Of a stretch of DNA of 64,000 bases, positions 23,359 through 34,285 are shown one piece after another. Positions within the stretch are counted from its first letter, which is position 1, and every line of letters starts with the position of its first letter. The position numbers were made by a program, and so were the translations under genes. The stretch spans positions 1 to 64,000 of the forward strand of contig CAXHJY010000144.1 of the NCBI GenBank assembly GCA_964016885.1, given 5' to 3'. This DNA is from Eledone cirrhosa (lineage: Eukaryota). Under the pieces are notes generated by a model. The model had not been told where the DNA came from, did not search any database, and was given only the letters and a program-made list of their open reading frames with translations.

Positions 23359-26300
23359 CTCAAACGAGGTTGTAGAAATGCTTGAACGTAAGGAGGTTGA
23401 TGTCTGCTGCATCCAAGAGACCAGGTGGAGGGGCGGGTCTGCTAGATTCATTGTGGGTAAAAAACGATGCTATAAGCTTTTCTGGGTGGGAAATGACAAT
23501 GGGCTGGGTGGGGTAGGAATCATGTTAGCAGAAAAATGGGTGGATAAGATAATAGACGTAAATAGAGTAAACGACAGAATAATTAAAATAAGACTTGTTC
23601 TAAATAGAACTACTGTGACGATAATATCTGCGTACGCGCCCCAATCCGGACTGCCTGACGCTATAAAAGACACTTTCTATGAGACACTGATGCTCACTAC
23701 CTCCCAAATAACCGACAGTGACTATATAATTATTGCTGGCGACCTAAATGGTCATGTTGGACAACATTGTGATGGCTATGATGAAATTCATGGAGGCTAT
23801 GGGTTTGGTACTAGAAATGAGGAAGGCTCCAGAATCCTGGAATTCTGTGACGCAAATAACCTAACAATCTGTAACACTAACTTCAAAAAACGAGACAATC
23901 ACCTACAGATCAGGGGAACATACCAGCCAGGTAGATTATATCCTTACCAGAAGACGTGACCGAGTGACTGTTTTAAACACTAAATCCCTCCCCCATGAAG
24001 AATGCACCTCCCAACATAGACTGATAATTAGCGACCTCATAGTCAGGACGAGACGTACTCGACAGCAGAAGAGGACTATCCTCAGGAGAAAAATATGGAA
24101 GCTAAAGGACCCCACAGCCAGAGATAAATTTCAAAGCATATTACTTGATGCTTTCGACAGTAAGGAAGAGCATTTAGAGTCGGACAATGTAGAGGGACAG
24201 TGGGAATTCCTGAAAGCAAACCTGCTGATGGCCGCAGACGAAGTCTGTGGCCGGAGCAGGCCTATAGGCAGGAGGAGAGTAACATGGTGGTGGAACAGTA
24301 AGGTGGAGGAGTCGATTAAGGCCAAAAAGCAGGCTTGGAAAGTATGGCGGGATGGGGGAAGTAGAGAAGACTATCAAGTGGCCAGGAGGGAAGCTAGGAG
24401 ACAAGTGTACTTCGCAAGAAGGGAAGCAGAGGTAAGAAAGTTCAAGCATGTTCTACAACGCGAGGACCAAAAACGTGAGGTGTTCAGGATTGCTAGGCAA
24501 TGTGTCAAGGAAAACCGTGATATTGTTGGGGAGAAGTGTGTACTAAATGATGATGGCATACTCGCCATCACTGACGCTGATAAGAAGGTCGCTTGGAAGT
24601 GTCACTATGAAAGGCTACTAAATGAGAATAAATGGGAGAAGGATCGTCTCCCCCAGATCGATCCAATAGAGGGACCAGCGGTGTTAGTTGAAGGTAGTAT
24701 AATAAGTAAGGCAACCAAAGATATGAAGACGGGTAAGGCGGCTGGGCCTTCGGAAATAGTTGCTGAGATGCTGAAGGCCTCTGGAACGGTGGGACACACC
24801 ATGGTCACCCGGATAGTAAACCAAGTCATACAGAATGGGGTTGTTCCGAAGGACTGGCGTAGCAGCATCATCATTAACTGTTACAAGGGTAAAGGAGACG
24901 CCCTAGATAGGAGTAACTATAGAGGCATTAAATTAATCGACCAGGTCATGAAGGTCATGGAAAAAGTAATAGTGCAACTAATCAGAGAGAGAATCGATCT
25001 AGATGAAATGCAGTTCGGGTTTGTGTCAGGCAAAAGTACCACAGACGCTCTTTTCATTGTACGACAACTACAGGAGAAGTACCTAGCTAAAAGTAAACCC
25101 TTATACTTAGCCTTTGTCGACTTGGAGAAAGCCTTCGACAGAGTCCCCCGTTCCATTATCTGGTGGGCTCTTAGAAAACTAGGTGTTGACGAATGGCTTG
25201 TGAGAGCTATACAAGCCATGTATAAAGAAACAGTGAGCAAGGTTAGAATTAACAACGAATATAGTGAAGAGTTTAGCGTAAAAGTTGGTGTCCATCAGGG
25301 CTCTGTTCTTAGCCCCCTACTATTTATTATTGCTCTTCAGGCTATAACAGAGGAGTTCAAGACCGGCTGCCCATGGGAACTCCTATACGCAGATGACCTA
25401 ACGCTCATAGCTGAATCAATGGCCGAGCTAGAGAAGAAATTCCAAACATGGAAGCACGGCCTAGAATCAAAAGGCCTTAAAATTAACCTGGCTAAGACTA
25501 AAGTTCTAGTTTGTAGGAAAGAAAATAAGGCGCCGGTCCCTTCCGGGAAATGGCCATGCTCAGTGTGTAGGAAAGGTGTAGGTAGAAACTCCATTTTATG
25601 TCCCAAATGCAAAGTATGGGTGCATAAAAGATGTAGTGGGATCACAGGTAAGCTAACTAAGAACACAGATTTTACATGTGGCCGGTGCTCTGGTGCAATA
25701 AGTAGCAGCAAGTGCCCACAGAATACTAGCTCTTTCAACTGCGCAGAGGGTTCTATAGAAATAGTGGACAGCTTCCGTTACCTGGGTGACAAAATCAGCA
25801 GTGGGGGAGGGTGCTCCGAAAGTACAGTAGCTAGAGTCAGAACTGGATGGAAAAAGTTCAGAGAGCTTATACCACTATTAGCCGCTAAAGGGTTCTCCCT
25901 AAAAATGAAAGGCAGGTTGTATGATGCCTGCATACGAACAGCAATGTTGCATGGCAGTGAGACCTGGGCATTGTGTGCAGAGGATATACGCAGACTAGAG
26001 AATAACGAAGCTTGCATGCTCCGCTGGATGTGTAATAGTAATATACGCGAACGGCAAAGCATAAACGAACTAAGGAAAAAATTAGAAATAAGAGGGATCA
26101 GATGTTGTTTACTCGAGAGAAGGCTACATTGGTACGGTCACGTGATGCGCATGAAAGACGACAGCTGTATAGCAAAGTGCAGGGCAATAAAGATAGATGG
26201 TAGCCACGGAGTAGGCAGACCCGGAAAAACCTGGGACGAGCTGATAAATTCCGACCTCACACACTTACACCTCTCCAAGACAATGTCACTGGACCGAGAC

Positions 26301-26832
26301 CTTTGGCGGTACTCAGTAATAGAGAAGACCCGCCTTACCTGTAAAACCTACCACAGTCAGTAGGCATCTCTAACAAAATACACCCCCGTCCCACCACCCC
26401 CACCCCATCCACACCGCCCCTTTCAATGTAAAGTTATGTTGGTGCCACAAAATCCAGGCCGAAACAAATGAGATCGTGTAGGTGTCACGACAAAAAAACA
26501 CACAGTCCACGCTGTAATGTGACCGTGTAGGCAACACGGTAAAAACCTCCCAGTCCCACGCTGTAAATGTGGTTGGTGTTAGGAAGGGCATCCAGCTGTA
26601 GAAAACCCGCCAGACAGTCCACGCTGTAATGTGGCCATGTAGGCAACACGGTAAAAACCTCCCAGCCCCACACTGTAAATGTGGTTGGTGTTAGGAAGTG
26701 CATCCAACTGTAGAAAACCCGCCAGACAGTCCTATGCGAGCAAGACAACCACTCTTGCCTCAAGTGGGAAAACTCCCGTCCAAACCCATGCAAGCGTGGA
26801 ACATGGACGTTAAACGATGATGATGATGATGA
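23359..26832 (+). mobile_element. Near full-length RTE-type LINE (APE+RT)
   Basis: APE ORF 23378-23959 (CIQETRW, AGDLNGHVG) and 799-aa RT ORF 23964-26363. 3' UTR contains a ~111-bp tandem duplication and a (GAT)n tail. Confidence 0.95.
23378..26363 (+). pseudogene. RTE ORF (APE-RT with internal PHD-like finger), one frameshift near 23900
   Basis: The frameshift is explained by loss of one aatcacct unit from an inferred aatcacctaatcacctac (NHLITY). The related copy near 37840 retains the longer spacing. Confidence 0.85.
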
Positions 26833-26908
26833 TATATATGACATATGTTCTATATATATCATATATATTTTTATATATGATATTATGATATATATATATA
26901 TATGATAT

Positions 26909-27125
26909 ATCATCATCATCATTTTACGTCCGCTTTTCCCTGCTTGCAAGGGTTGGACGGGTCCTATTCAGCACAGCATCTCTCCAATTGTCATGGTCCT
27001 TCGTCATCTCCTCAGTAAGTTTCAGTGATCTGAGGTCTGCTCTCACCACCTCGCCCCATGTTTTACGTGGTCTACGTCTACTGCGTCTTCTTTCTACTGG
27101 GATTTCTTGGCATTTCTTTACCCAT
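26909..27125 (-). mobile_element. 3' end of a different RTE subfamily
   Basis: RPRKTWGEVVRADL...WRDAV followed by a (GAT)n tail. Confidence 0.85.
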
Positions 27126-27141
27126 GATATATATATATATA

Positions 27142-27782
27142 TGGCCTTCGGAAATAGTTGCCGAAATGCTGAAAGCATCTGGAACGGTGGGACACACTAT
27201 GGTCACCCGGATAGTAAACCAAGTCTTACAGAATGGGGTCGTTCCGAAGGACTGGCGCAGCAGCATCATCATTAACTGCTACAAGGGTAAAGGTGATGCC
27301 CTAGATAGGGGAAACTATAGAGGCATTAAATTAATTGACTAGATCATGGTCACAGAAAAAGTAATAGCGCAACTAATCAGAGAGTGAATTGATCTAGACG
27401 AAATGCAGTTCGGGTTTGTGACAGGTAAAAGTACAACAGACACTCTTTTCATTGTACGACAACTACAGGAGAAGTACCTAGCTAAAAGTAAACCCCTATA
27501 CTTAGCTTTTGTTGACTTGGAGAAAGCCTTTGACAGAGTACCCCGCTCGATTATCTGGTGGGCCCTTAGAAAACTAGGTGTTGATGAATGGCTTGTGATA
27601 GCTATACACGCCATGTATAAAGAAACAGTGAGCAAGGTTAGAATTAACAACGAATATAGTGAAGAGTTTAGCGTAAAAGTTGGTGTTCATCAGGGCTCCG
27701 TCCTTAGCCCACTACTATTTATTATTGCCCTTCAGGCTATAACAGAGGAGTTCAAGACCGGCTGCCCATGGCAACTCCTATA
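27142..27782 (+). mobile_element. Internal RTE RT fragment
   Basis: Highly similar to 24744-25385. Confidence 0.9.
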
Positions 27783-28290
27783 TAAGTATTTTTACGGAGG
27801 TACCTGGTCTTTCTACTATCTTAATATTGAGTTTATGTTTATCTAGGGCCCTTCTAAATTTGTAAGCTAATTCACCTCTAGGGGTTGTATTGATGAACAT
27901 TACACTCTGGTATTTATTGCTATCATACCATGAGTTTATTCTATTAGCCTTATTCCTAGTTCTCTCTATTCTATTCCAAAATTTACTCCTATACAAGGGG
28001 CAGGTCCCATTTGTGTCATTATTTACCATTTTTTCCCATTTGGTTCTGGCTCCTCTATACACTCTGATTTTATCTCTCTGATTGTAACCAGAGAACTGCA
28101 TACGGTGGATGAAGTGTTGTATGTGTCTCTCTAGTTCTTCGGGGTTGCACATGCAGGACACGTTTCTCATCACCCGTACCAAATCAGCAATCAGAATGTT
28201 GATTTTGGTATGGTCCGAAACAGCTGAGTTTCGGTGGATCAGATATTTGGAAGTCATGGGTTTGGCATAATGGGAATGGAGGATTTGTTT
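27780..28290 (-). mobile_element. Penelope-like element RT thumb/linker fragment (second PLE type)
   Basis: YAKPMTSKYLIHRNSA...RMQFSGY...PLYRSKFW...VMFINTTPRGEL. Confidence 0.6.
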
Positions 28291-28294
28291 TTTG

Positions 28295-28337
<43 letters not shown>

Positions 28338-28376
28338 CTATAATATATATATTATATATATATATATATATCTATA

Positions 28377-28407
<31 letters not shown>

Positions 28408-28409
28408 AT

Positions 28410-28466
<57 letters not shown>

Positions 28467-29030
28467 ATATATATTATATATATATATATATATAGATATA
28501 TATTATATATATATAATATATATATATATATTATATCTATATATATTATATATATATTTATTAAAATAACAGATTACAGTTTAAGCAAAGAATCGCTGCT
28601 TTCACCCTTAACGGGATCTTCTGAAACTGACAAAGTCAATTTACTTTATTCTTAACTCTGAAGCCGAGAATCATTCGGTTTCCTAGTTAGAATTTTAGTC
28701 TACGATTTCAGTTATAACCATTTACGTGGTTTTGTCTTTGCGTGCAATTGTTCTCCACGCTCCACATATGACGTATTATCTTCGTTTTTTCCCCGTTCAT
28801 TGCCAGAGAAAGTCTCTATGAACCATCTAAGAGAATATTAGTCTACGTCTTCTTTTATACCATAAACGTGGTTTTGTCTTTGCGTGTAATTGTTTTTCAC
28901 CGCTCCAAATAATGACGTATTATATTCGTTTTTTCCCGTTCTTTGCCAGGAAACGTTTCCACGAACCAAAGTATCGTCTTCCTGTCTTCCTCCGGTTGCA
29001 ACGTTTTTTGAAATATTCACTTCTGCGTTT

Positions 29031-29106
29031 ACAGATTGACTTTGTCAGTTTCAGAAGATCCCGTTAAGGGTGAAAGCAGCGATTCTTTGCTTAAACTTTA
29101 ATCTGT
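29031..29106 (+). ncRNA. Hammerhead-like fold with non-canonical CAGAAGA core
   Basis: agttt-CAGAAGA-tccc gttaa gggt-GAA-agca...tgct-T-aaact, with distal helix acagatt/aatctgt. Copies at 31852-31927 (+), 28568-28641 (-) and decayed at ~8480-8553. Confidence 0.6.
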
Positions 29107-29251
29107 TATTTTAATAAATATTTGCTGTACAGTTCTTATATATTTGATATATATTTATCCTTATCAAGCCCTCTTTGGATTTTAGTCTTCAAATTTATTA
29201 TCATTACTATTTGGCTCCCTCGGTTGAGTACTCTATTGACCTATATTTATC

Positions 29252-30940
29252 ATGCAGAAACAACATCTGAATATTTCTACAAAGAACATACCCGTACCAA
29301 GCAGGAAAACATACCTAAAACTCCTGATACAGAAAACAGACGCGTTCATTAAAAGGTTGTGTTGTCATGCCTTTTATTTCGATAATCCGCGAAAAGCAGA
29401 CAACTAACAGGATAAATTTGGGTTTAAAACCTATAATAACACTCCGTGTAACCCAGCATTGCTACCCTTCGAAAATGATGTCTTGGAAATCATACAGAGT
29501 ATCAAATTTCGGAATAGGAGCAATTCCTTCCAGCAGGACCTGAAGAATAGAATTCCTTCTATTAAGGATTCTAATGCCGTGCACGTCCATTCCGACAAAA
29601 CTGGCAACCTATATCAAGTGGAGCGCAGTACTTACCATCAACTACTACATAATGCTGTAACTAAGGATTACCGTAAAACTAATCGGTGCGTCATCAATGA
29701 AATCAACGATGCTGGGTTTAAAATCACTTTGGATCTCAACATCCTGGACTGGACCGAACCTCTGAACCCTCTGTCTCCCCACTTTACCTTGAAGGACCAC
29801 AAATCCAATTTTCCGAACAACCCCTCTATTCGGCTTATTAACCCTACGAAGTCCGATTTAGGTAGACTTAGTAAAAGGATTCTTGATAGAATTATACCTG
29901 AAATTAGAAGTTTGGCCCCTCTTGCACTGTGGAACAATTCTTTCGCGGTGATTGATTGGTTCAACGGCATATGCAACAAGGAACATTGCCATTTTATCCA
30001 ATTCGACATCAATAATTACTACTCCTCCATCACTTTACCACTTCTCCTTAGAGTTATCAATTTCGTTTAAAACACTCACAGTGGTTAAGGATTTTGAAGT
30101 TGATGTCATCCTCAATGCCTGTAAGTCGGTGATTAATTTCGACGACTCTATTTGGATTAAAAAATCCAATAGTACCCCATTCGACGGGAGTATGAGCGTC
30201 AGTGATTCTGCGGAGGTTACTGATCTTATTGGCTTTTTCCTTCTTTTCTCTATCAAGTATGAATTCCCCAACGTGGGCGGTGGTTTGTACCGTGATGATG
30301 GTCTTTTGACCATGACTAAGTGCGGCGCTCGTGCTTACGACAGGTTCAGAAAAGAACTCACAGCCTTCTTTAAAGGCTTCAACCTCTCTATACAGGTTGA
30401 GGCCAACCTCTCGGTCGTTAATTACCTCGACATTACCCTCAATTTATCGAATGGCTTGTATTACCCATATAGAAAGCCGAATGATACGCTTAATTACATA
30501 AGTAAGCATTCCAACCATCCTGCCAGCATAACCAAGAACCTGGTAAGAAACGTTTCATCGAGGCTTTCCCGTCTATCTACTAACGAGCATATTTTCAACG
30601 ACCATTCCACATATTACAATGAAGCTCTTGCTCGGAGTGGATTTATCGATAAGGTAGCATATACAGAGTACGAGAATAGACCTAGAAAAAATAGATCGCG
30701 ACGCATTATATAGTATAACCCACCATATAATATGGAGGTGGCCACACCATTAGCTAAGATCTGGGATATATCGTATAACGGAAATAAAAGACCATGTGAC
30801 ATCTACACCACTGAGGCCCTGGAAATACTCTACGCCACAGACCACATCTTAAACAAAAAATTTGAGGCAATTTCGGCTTGTAAACATAAATTGCACAAAA
30901 CTTTCCTGTATTACAGCCCCACATTATACCCTAACAGATA
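29252..30940 (+). pseudogene. PLE reverse transcriptase, GIY-YIG region largely deleted
   Basis: STKNIPVPS N-terminus, SDKTGNLY, RLINPTKSDLG, FDINNYYSSI, YRDDGL, YRKPND...SNHP. Contains stops and frameshifts. Confidence 0.85.
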
Positions 30941-32037
30941 GTACGATCTATACGCGGATATTTTACGTCCTGATGTGGTAGCTAAGTATATGTTATGTTT
31001 ATTTCATTACTTATTTGCATAGGTAAGTATATATTACCTTCATGTTTTGTGAAAGTTTGTATACTTTCTCGTACGTATATTTGATTGTATATGTTATGGC
31101 GTATATTTTATATATTCTGGTACATATGCTTTTGGTTATGTGTATACGTGAGTTTTGCGTCTGTGCGAGTATGCGGGTTCGTACGTATGTAGGGTGTGTG
31201 TATATGTGTACTTCGTGTTTTGGTTGACGTACGTATCCGAACATTTGTGTATTTACATGTAGGTATGTGTGTGCATTTGTTATATATGTATTTATTTATT
31301 TATATACGTTTATTTAATTATTTGTATACACGCACACACACACACATATTTATATGTGGGTGTTTTTGTATACCTATTGCGAGTGTTTTCACGTATGGAT
31401 GTGTATGTACGTACTTGGATGCGTGTATGTATTTATTTAATTACAATTAGCTCTGTATTTTATTTACTTTATTCTTAACTCTGAAGTCGAGAATCATTTG
31501 GTTTCCTAGTTAGAATTTTAGTCTACGACTTCAGTTATACCATTTACGTGGTTTTGTCTTTGCGTGCAATTATTCTCCATGCTCCACATATGACGTATTA
31601 TCTTCGTTTTTTCCCGTTCATTGCCAGAGAACGTCTCTATGAACCACCTAAGAGAACATTAGTCTACGACTTCTTTTATACCATAAACGTGGTTCTGTCT
31701 TTGCGTCTAATTGTTTTTCACCGCTCCAAATAATAACGTATTATATTCGTTTTTTCCCGTTCTTTGCCAGGGAACGTTTCCACGAACCAAAGTATCGTCT
31801 TCCTGTCTTCCTCCGGTTGCAGCGTTTTTTTAAATATTCACTTCTGCGTTCACAAATTGACTTTGTCAGTTTCAGAAGATCCTGTTAAGGGTGAAAGCAG
31901 CGATTCCTTGCTTAAACTTTAATCTGTTATTTTAATAAATATCTGCTCTACGGTTCTTATATATTTGATATATATTTATCCTTATCAAGCCCTCTTTGGT
32001 TTTTAGTCTTCAAATTTATTATTATTACTATATATTA

Positions 32038-32087
<50 letters not shown>

Positions 32088-32137
32088 ATTATATATATAT
32101 ATTATATATGTAAATATATATATATATATATATATAT

Positions 32138-32482
32138 ACCCCGTCCCACCACCCCCACCCCATCCACACCACCCCATTCTATGTAAAGTTATGTTGGTGC
32201 CGCGCCATCCAGGCCGAAACAAATGAGATCGTGTAGGTGTCACGACAAAAAAACACACAGTCCACGCTGTAATGTGGCCATGTAGGCAACACGGTAAAAA
32301 CCTCCCAGACCCACACTGTAAATGTGGTTGGTGTTAGGAAGGGCATCCAACTGTAGAAAACCTGCCAGACAGTCCTATGCGAGCAAGACAATCACTCTTG
32401 CCTCAAGTGGGACTACCCCCATCCAAACCCATGCAAGCGTGGAACACGGACGTTAAACGTTGATGATGATGATGATGATGAT
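32138..32482 (+). mobile_element. RTE 3' UTR-only insertion
   Basis: Matches the 3' UTR at 6327-6670. Flanked by TA tracts. Confidence 0.9.
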
Positions 32483-32701
32483 TATATATATATATTATAT
32501 ATTGTAAATGACCCCATTGAGTGTAAACTCTAAGTTATATTATATATATATTATATATATATATTTATTATATATATATATATTATATATATATATTATA
32601 TATATATATATTATATATATATTATATATATATATATATATATTATATATATTATATATATATATATATATTATATATATATATATTATATATATATTAT
32701 A

Positions 32702-32894
<193 letters not shown>

Positions 32895-33038
32895 TATATA
32901 TATATATATATATATGAATATAGACATAGAATATTCGAAAATATTCTGTATGTTTATAATAAACATTTTGAAGACCTAATCGCTATAGAATAGAATACGT
33001 CACGTATTACAATTAGATTCTCGATAAAAGCAAGGGAA

Positions 33039-33081
33039 GTAATCTACGCGTTTCATTCTTATTAGAAATCTTCAGGACTAC
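33039..33081 (-). ncRNA. Minimal type I hammerhead ribozyme, inverted unit
   Basis: Exact reverse complement of 33268-33310. Confidence 0.85.
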
Positions 33082-33267
33082 ATATCGAGTGCTTTTATCG
33101 AGAATGACACAGCTAGAGACTTCACATATATATCGCTATTTCAGAGCATTTATTCCAATTTCTAATTTCTGCCGGACCGGCAACCGCTCTTTCAAACCAG
33201 TTCCTGTACACAGCTAAGTATTCTATAAGTCTCTAGCTGTGTCATTCTCGATAAAAGCACTGGATAT

Positions 33268-33310
33268 GTAGTCCTGAAGATTTCTAATAAGAATGAAACG
33301 CGTAGATTAC
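33268..33310 (+). ncRNA. Minimal type I hammerhead ribozyme, unit 1
   Basis: gtagtc-CTGAAGA-t ttct aata agaa t-GAAA-cgcg-TA-gattac. Palindromic stem III ACGCGT, GUA site. Confidence 0.88.
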
Positions 33311-33577
33311 TTCCCTTGCTTTTATCGAGAATCTAATTGTAATACGTGACGTATTCTATTCTATAGCGATTAGGTCTTCAAAATGTTTATTATAAACATA
33401 CAGAATATTTTCGAATATTCTATGTCTATATTCACATATATATCGCTATTTCAGAGCATTTATTCCAATTTCTAATTTCTGCCGGACCGGCAACCGCTCT
33501 TTCAAACCAGTTCCTGTACACAGCTAAGTATTCTATAAGTCTCTAGCTGTGTCATTCTCGATAAAAGCACTGGATAT

Positions 33578-33620
33578 GTAGTCCTGAAGATTTCTAATAA
33601 GAATGAAACGCGTAGATTAC
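33578..33620 (+). ncRNA. Minimal type I hammerhead ribozyme, unit 2
   Basis: Identical motif exactly 310 nt downstream. Confidence 0.88.
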
Positions 33621-33773
33621 TTCCCTTGCTTTTATCGAGAATCTAATTGTAATACGTGACGTATTCTATTCTATAGCGATTAGGTCTTCAAAATGTTTAT
33701 TATAAACATACAGAATATTTTCGAATATTCTATGTCTATATTCACATATATATCGCTATTTCAGAGCATTTAT

Positions 33774-33815
<42 letters not shown>

Positions 33816-33816
33816 T

Positions 33817-34230
33817 ATCATCATCATCATCATCATCACCGTTTTACGTCCGTTCTTCCACGCTATCATGGGTTAGACGGGTTGTCCTGTTGTGGGCAGT
33901 GTCTGGTCGGCTGACCATGCCTTGCTCATACAGGAACTGATTTGCCTTGATTTCTACAGCTGGACCGCCTCTCCTGCACACAGCATTTGATTCCTCTTAT
34001 GCTCAGTCTCTCTCTCAATTCATTTATGCTTTGTCGTTCACGTATATTACTGTTACACATCCATCGGAGCATGCAGGCTTCGTTTCTCTCTAATCTACGT
34101 AAGTCTTCCACCTTCAGCGCCCAGGTCTCACTACCATGCAACATCGCTGTTCGGATACACGCATCATACAGTCTGCCTTTCATTCTGAGGGAGAAGCCTT
34201 TTGCAGCTAGCAGTGGTAGTAGTTCCCTAC
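33817..34230 (-). mobile_element. Internally deleted RTE fragment
   Basis: MKGRLYDAC...ERR joined directly to a shortened 3' UTR and (GAT)n tail. Confidence 0.85.
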
Positions 34231-34285
34231 ATATATATATATTATATATATTATATATATATATATATTATATATATATTATATA

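Larger units (their letters stand above)
28558..32021 (+). mobile_element. Penelope-like element with direct ~560-bp pLTRs and a short inverted pLTR end
   Basis: pLTRs at ~28641-29200 and ~31462-32021, inverted piece at 28558-28641. RT pseudo-ORF lies between the pLTRs. Confidence 0.88.
32912..33779 (+). mobile_element. Retrozyme-like array: inverted partial unit plus 2.1 tandem 310-bp units
   Basis: ttcacatata at 33121, 33431 and 33741. 32912-33122 is the reverse complement of the unit's 3' two-thirds. No meaningful ORF. Confidence 0.9.

Noticed and set aside
28651-28695. Hairpin ttcttaact-ctgaag-ccga...tcgg-tttcct-agttagaa in the PLE pLTR
   Set aside because: Structured but lacks a complete ribozyme core on either strand.
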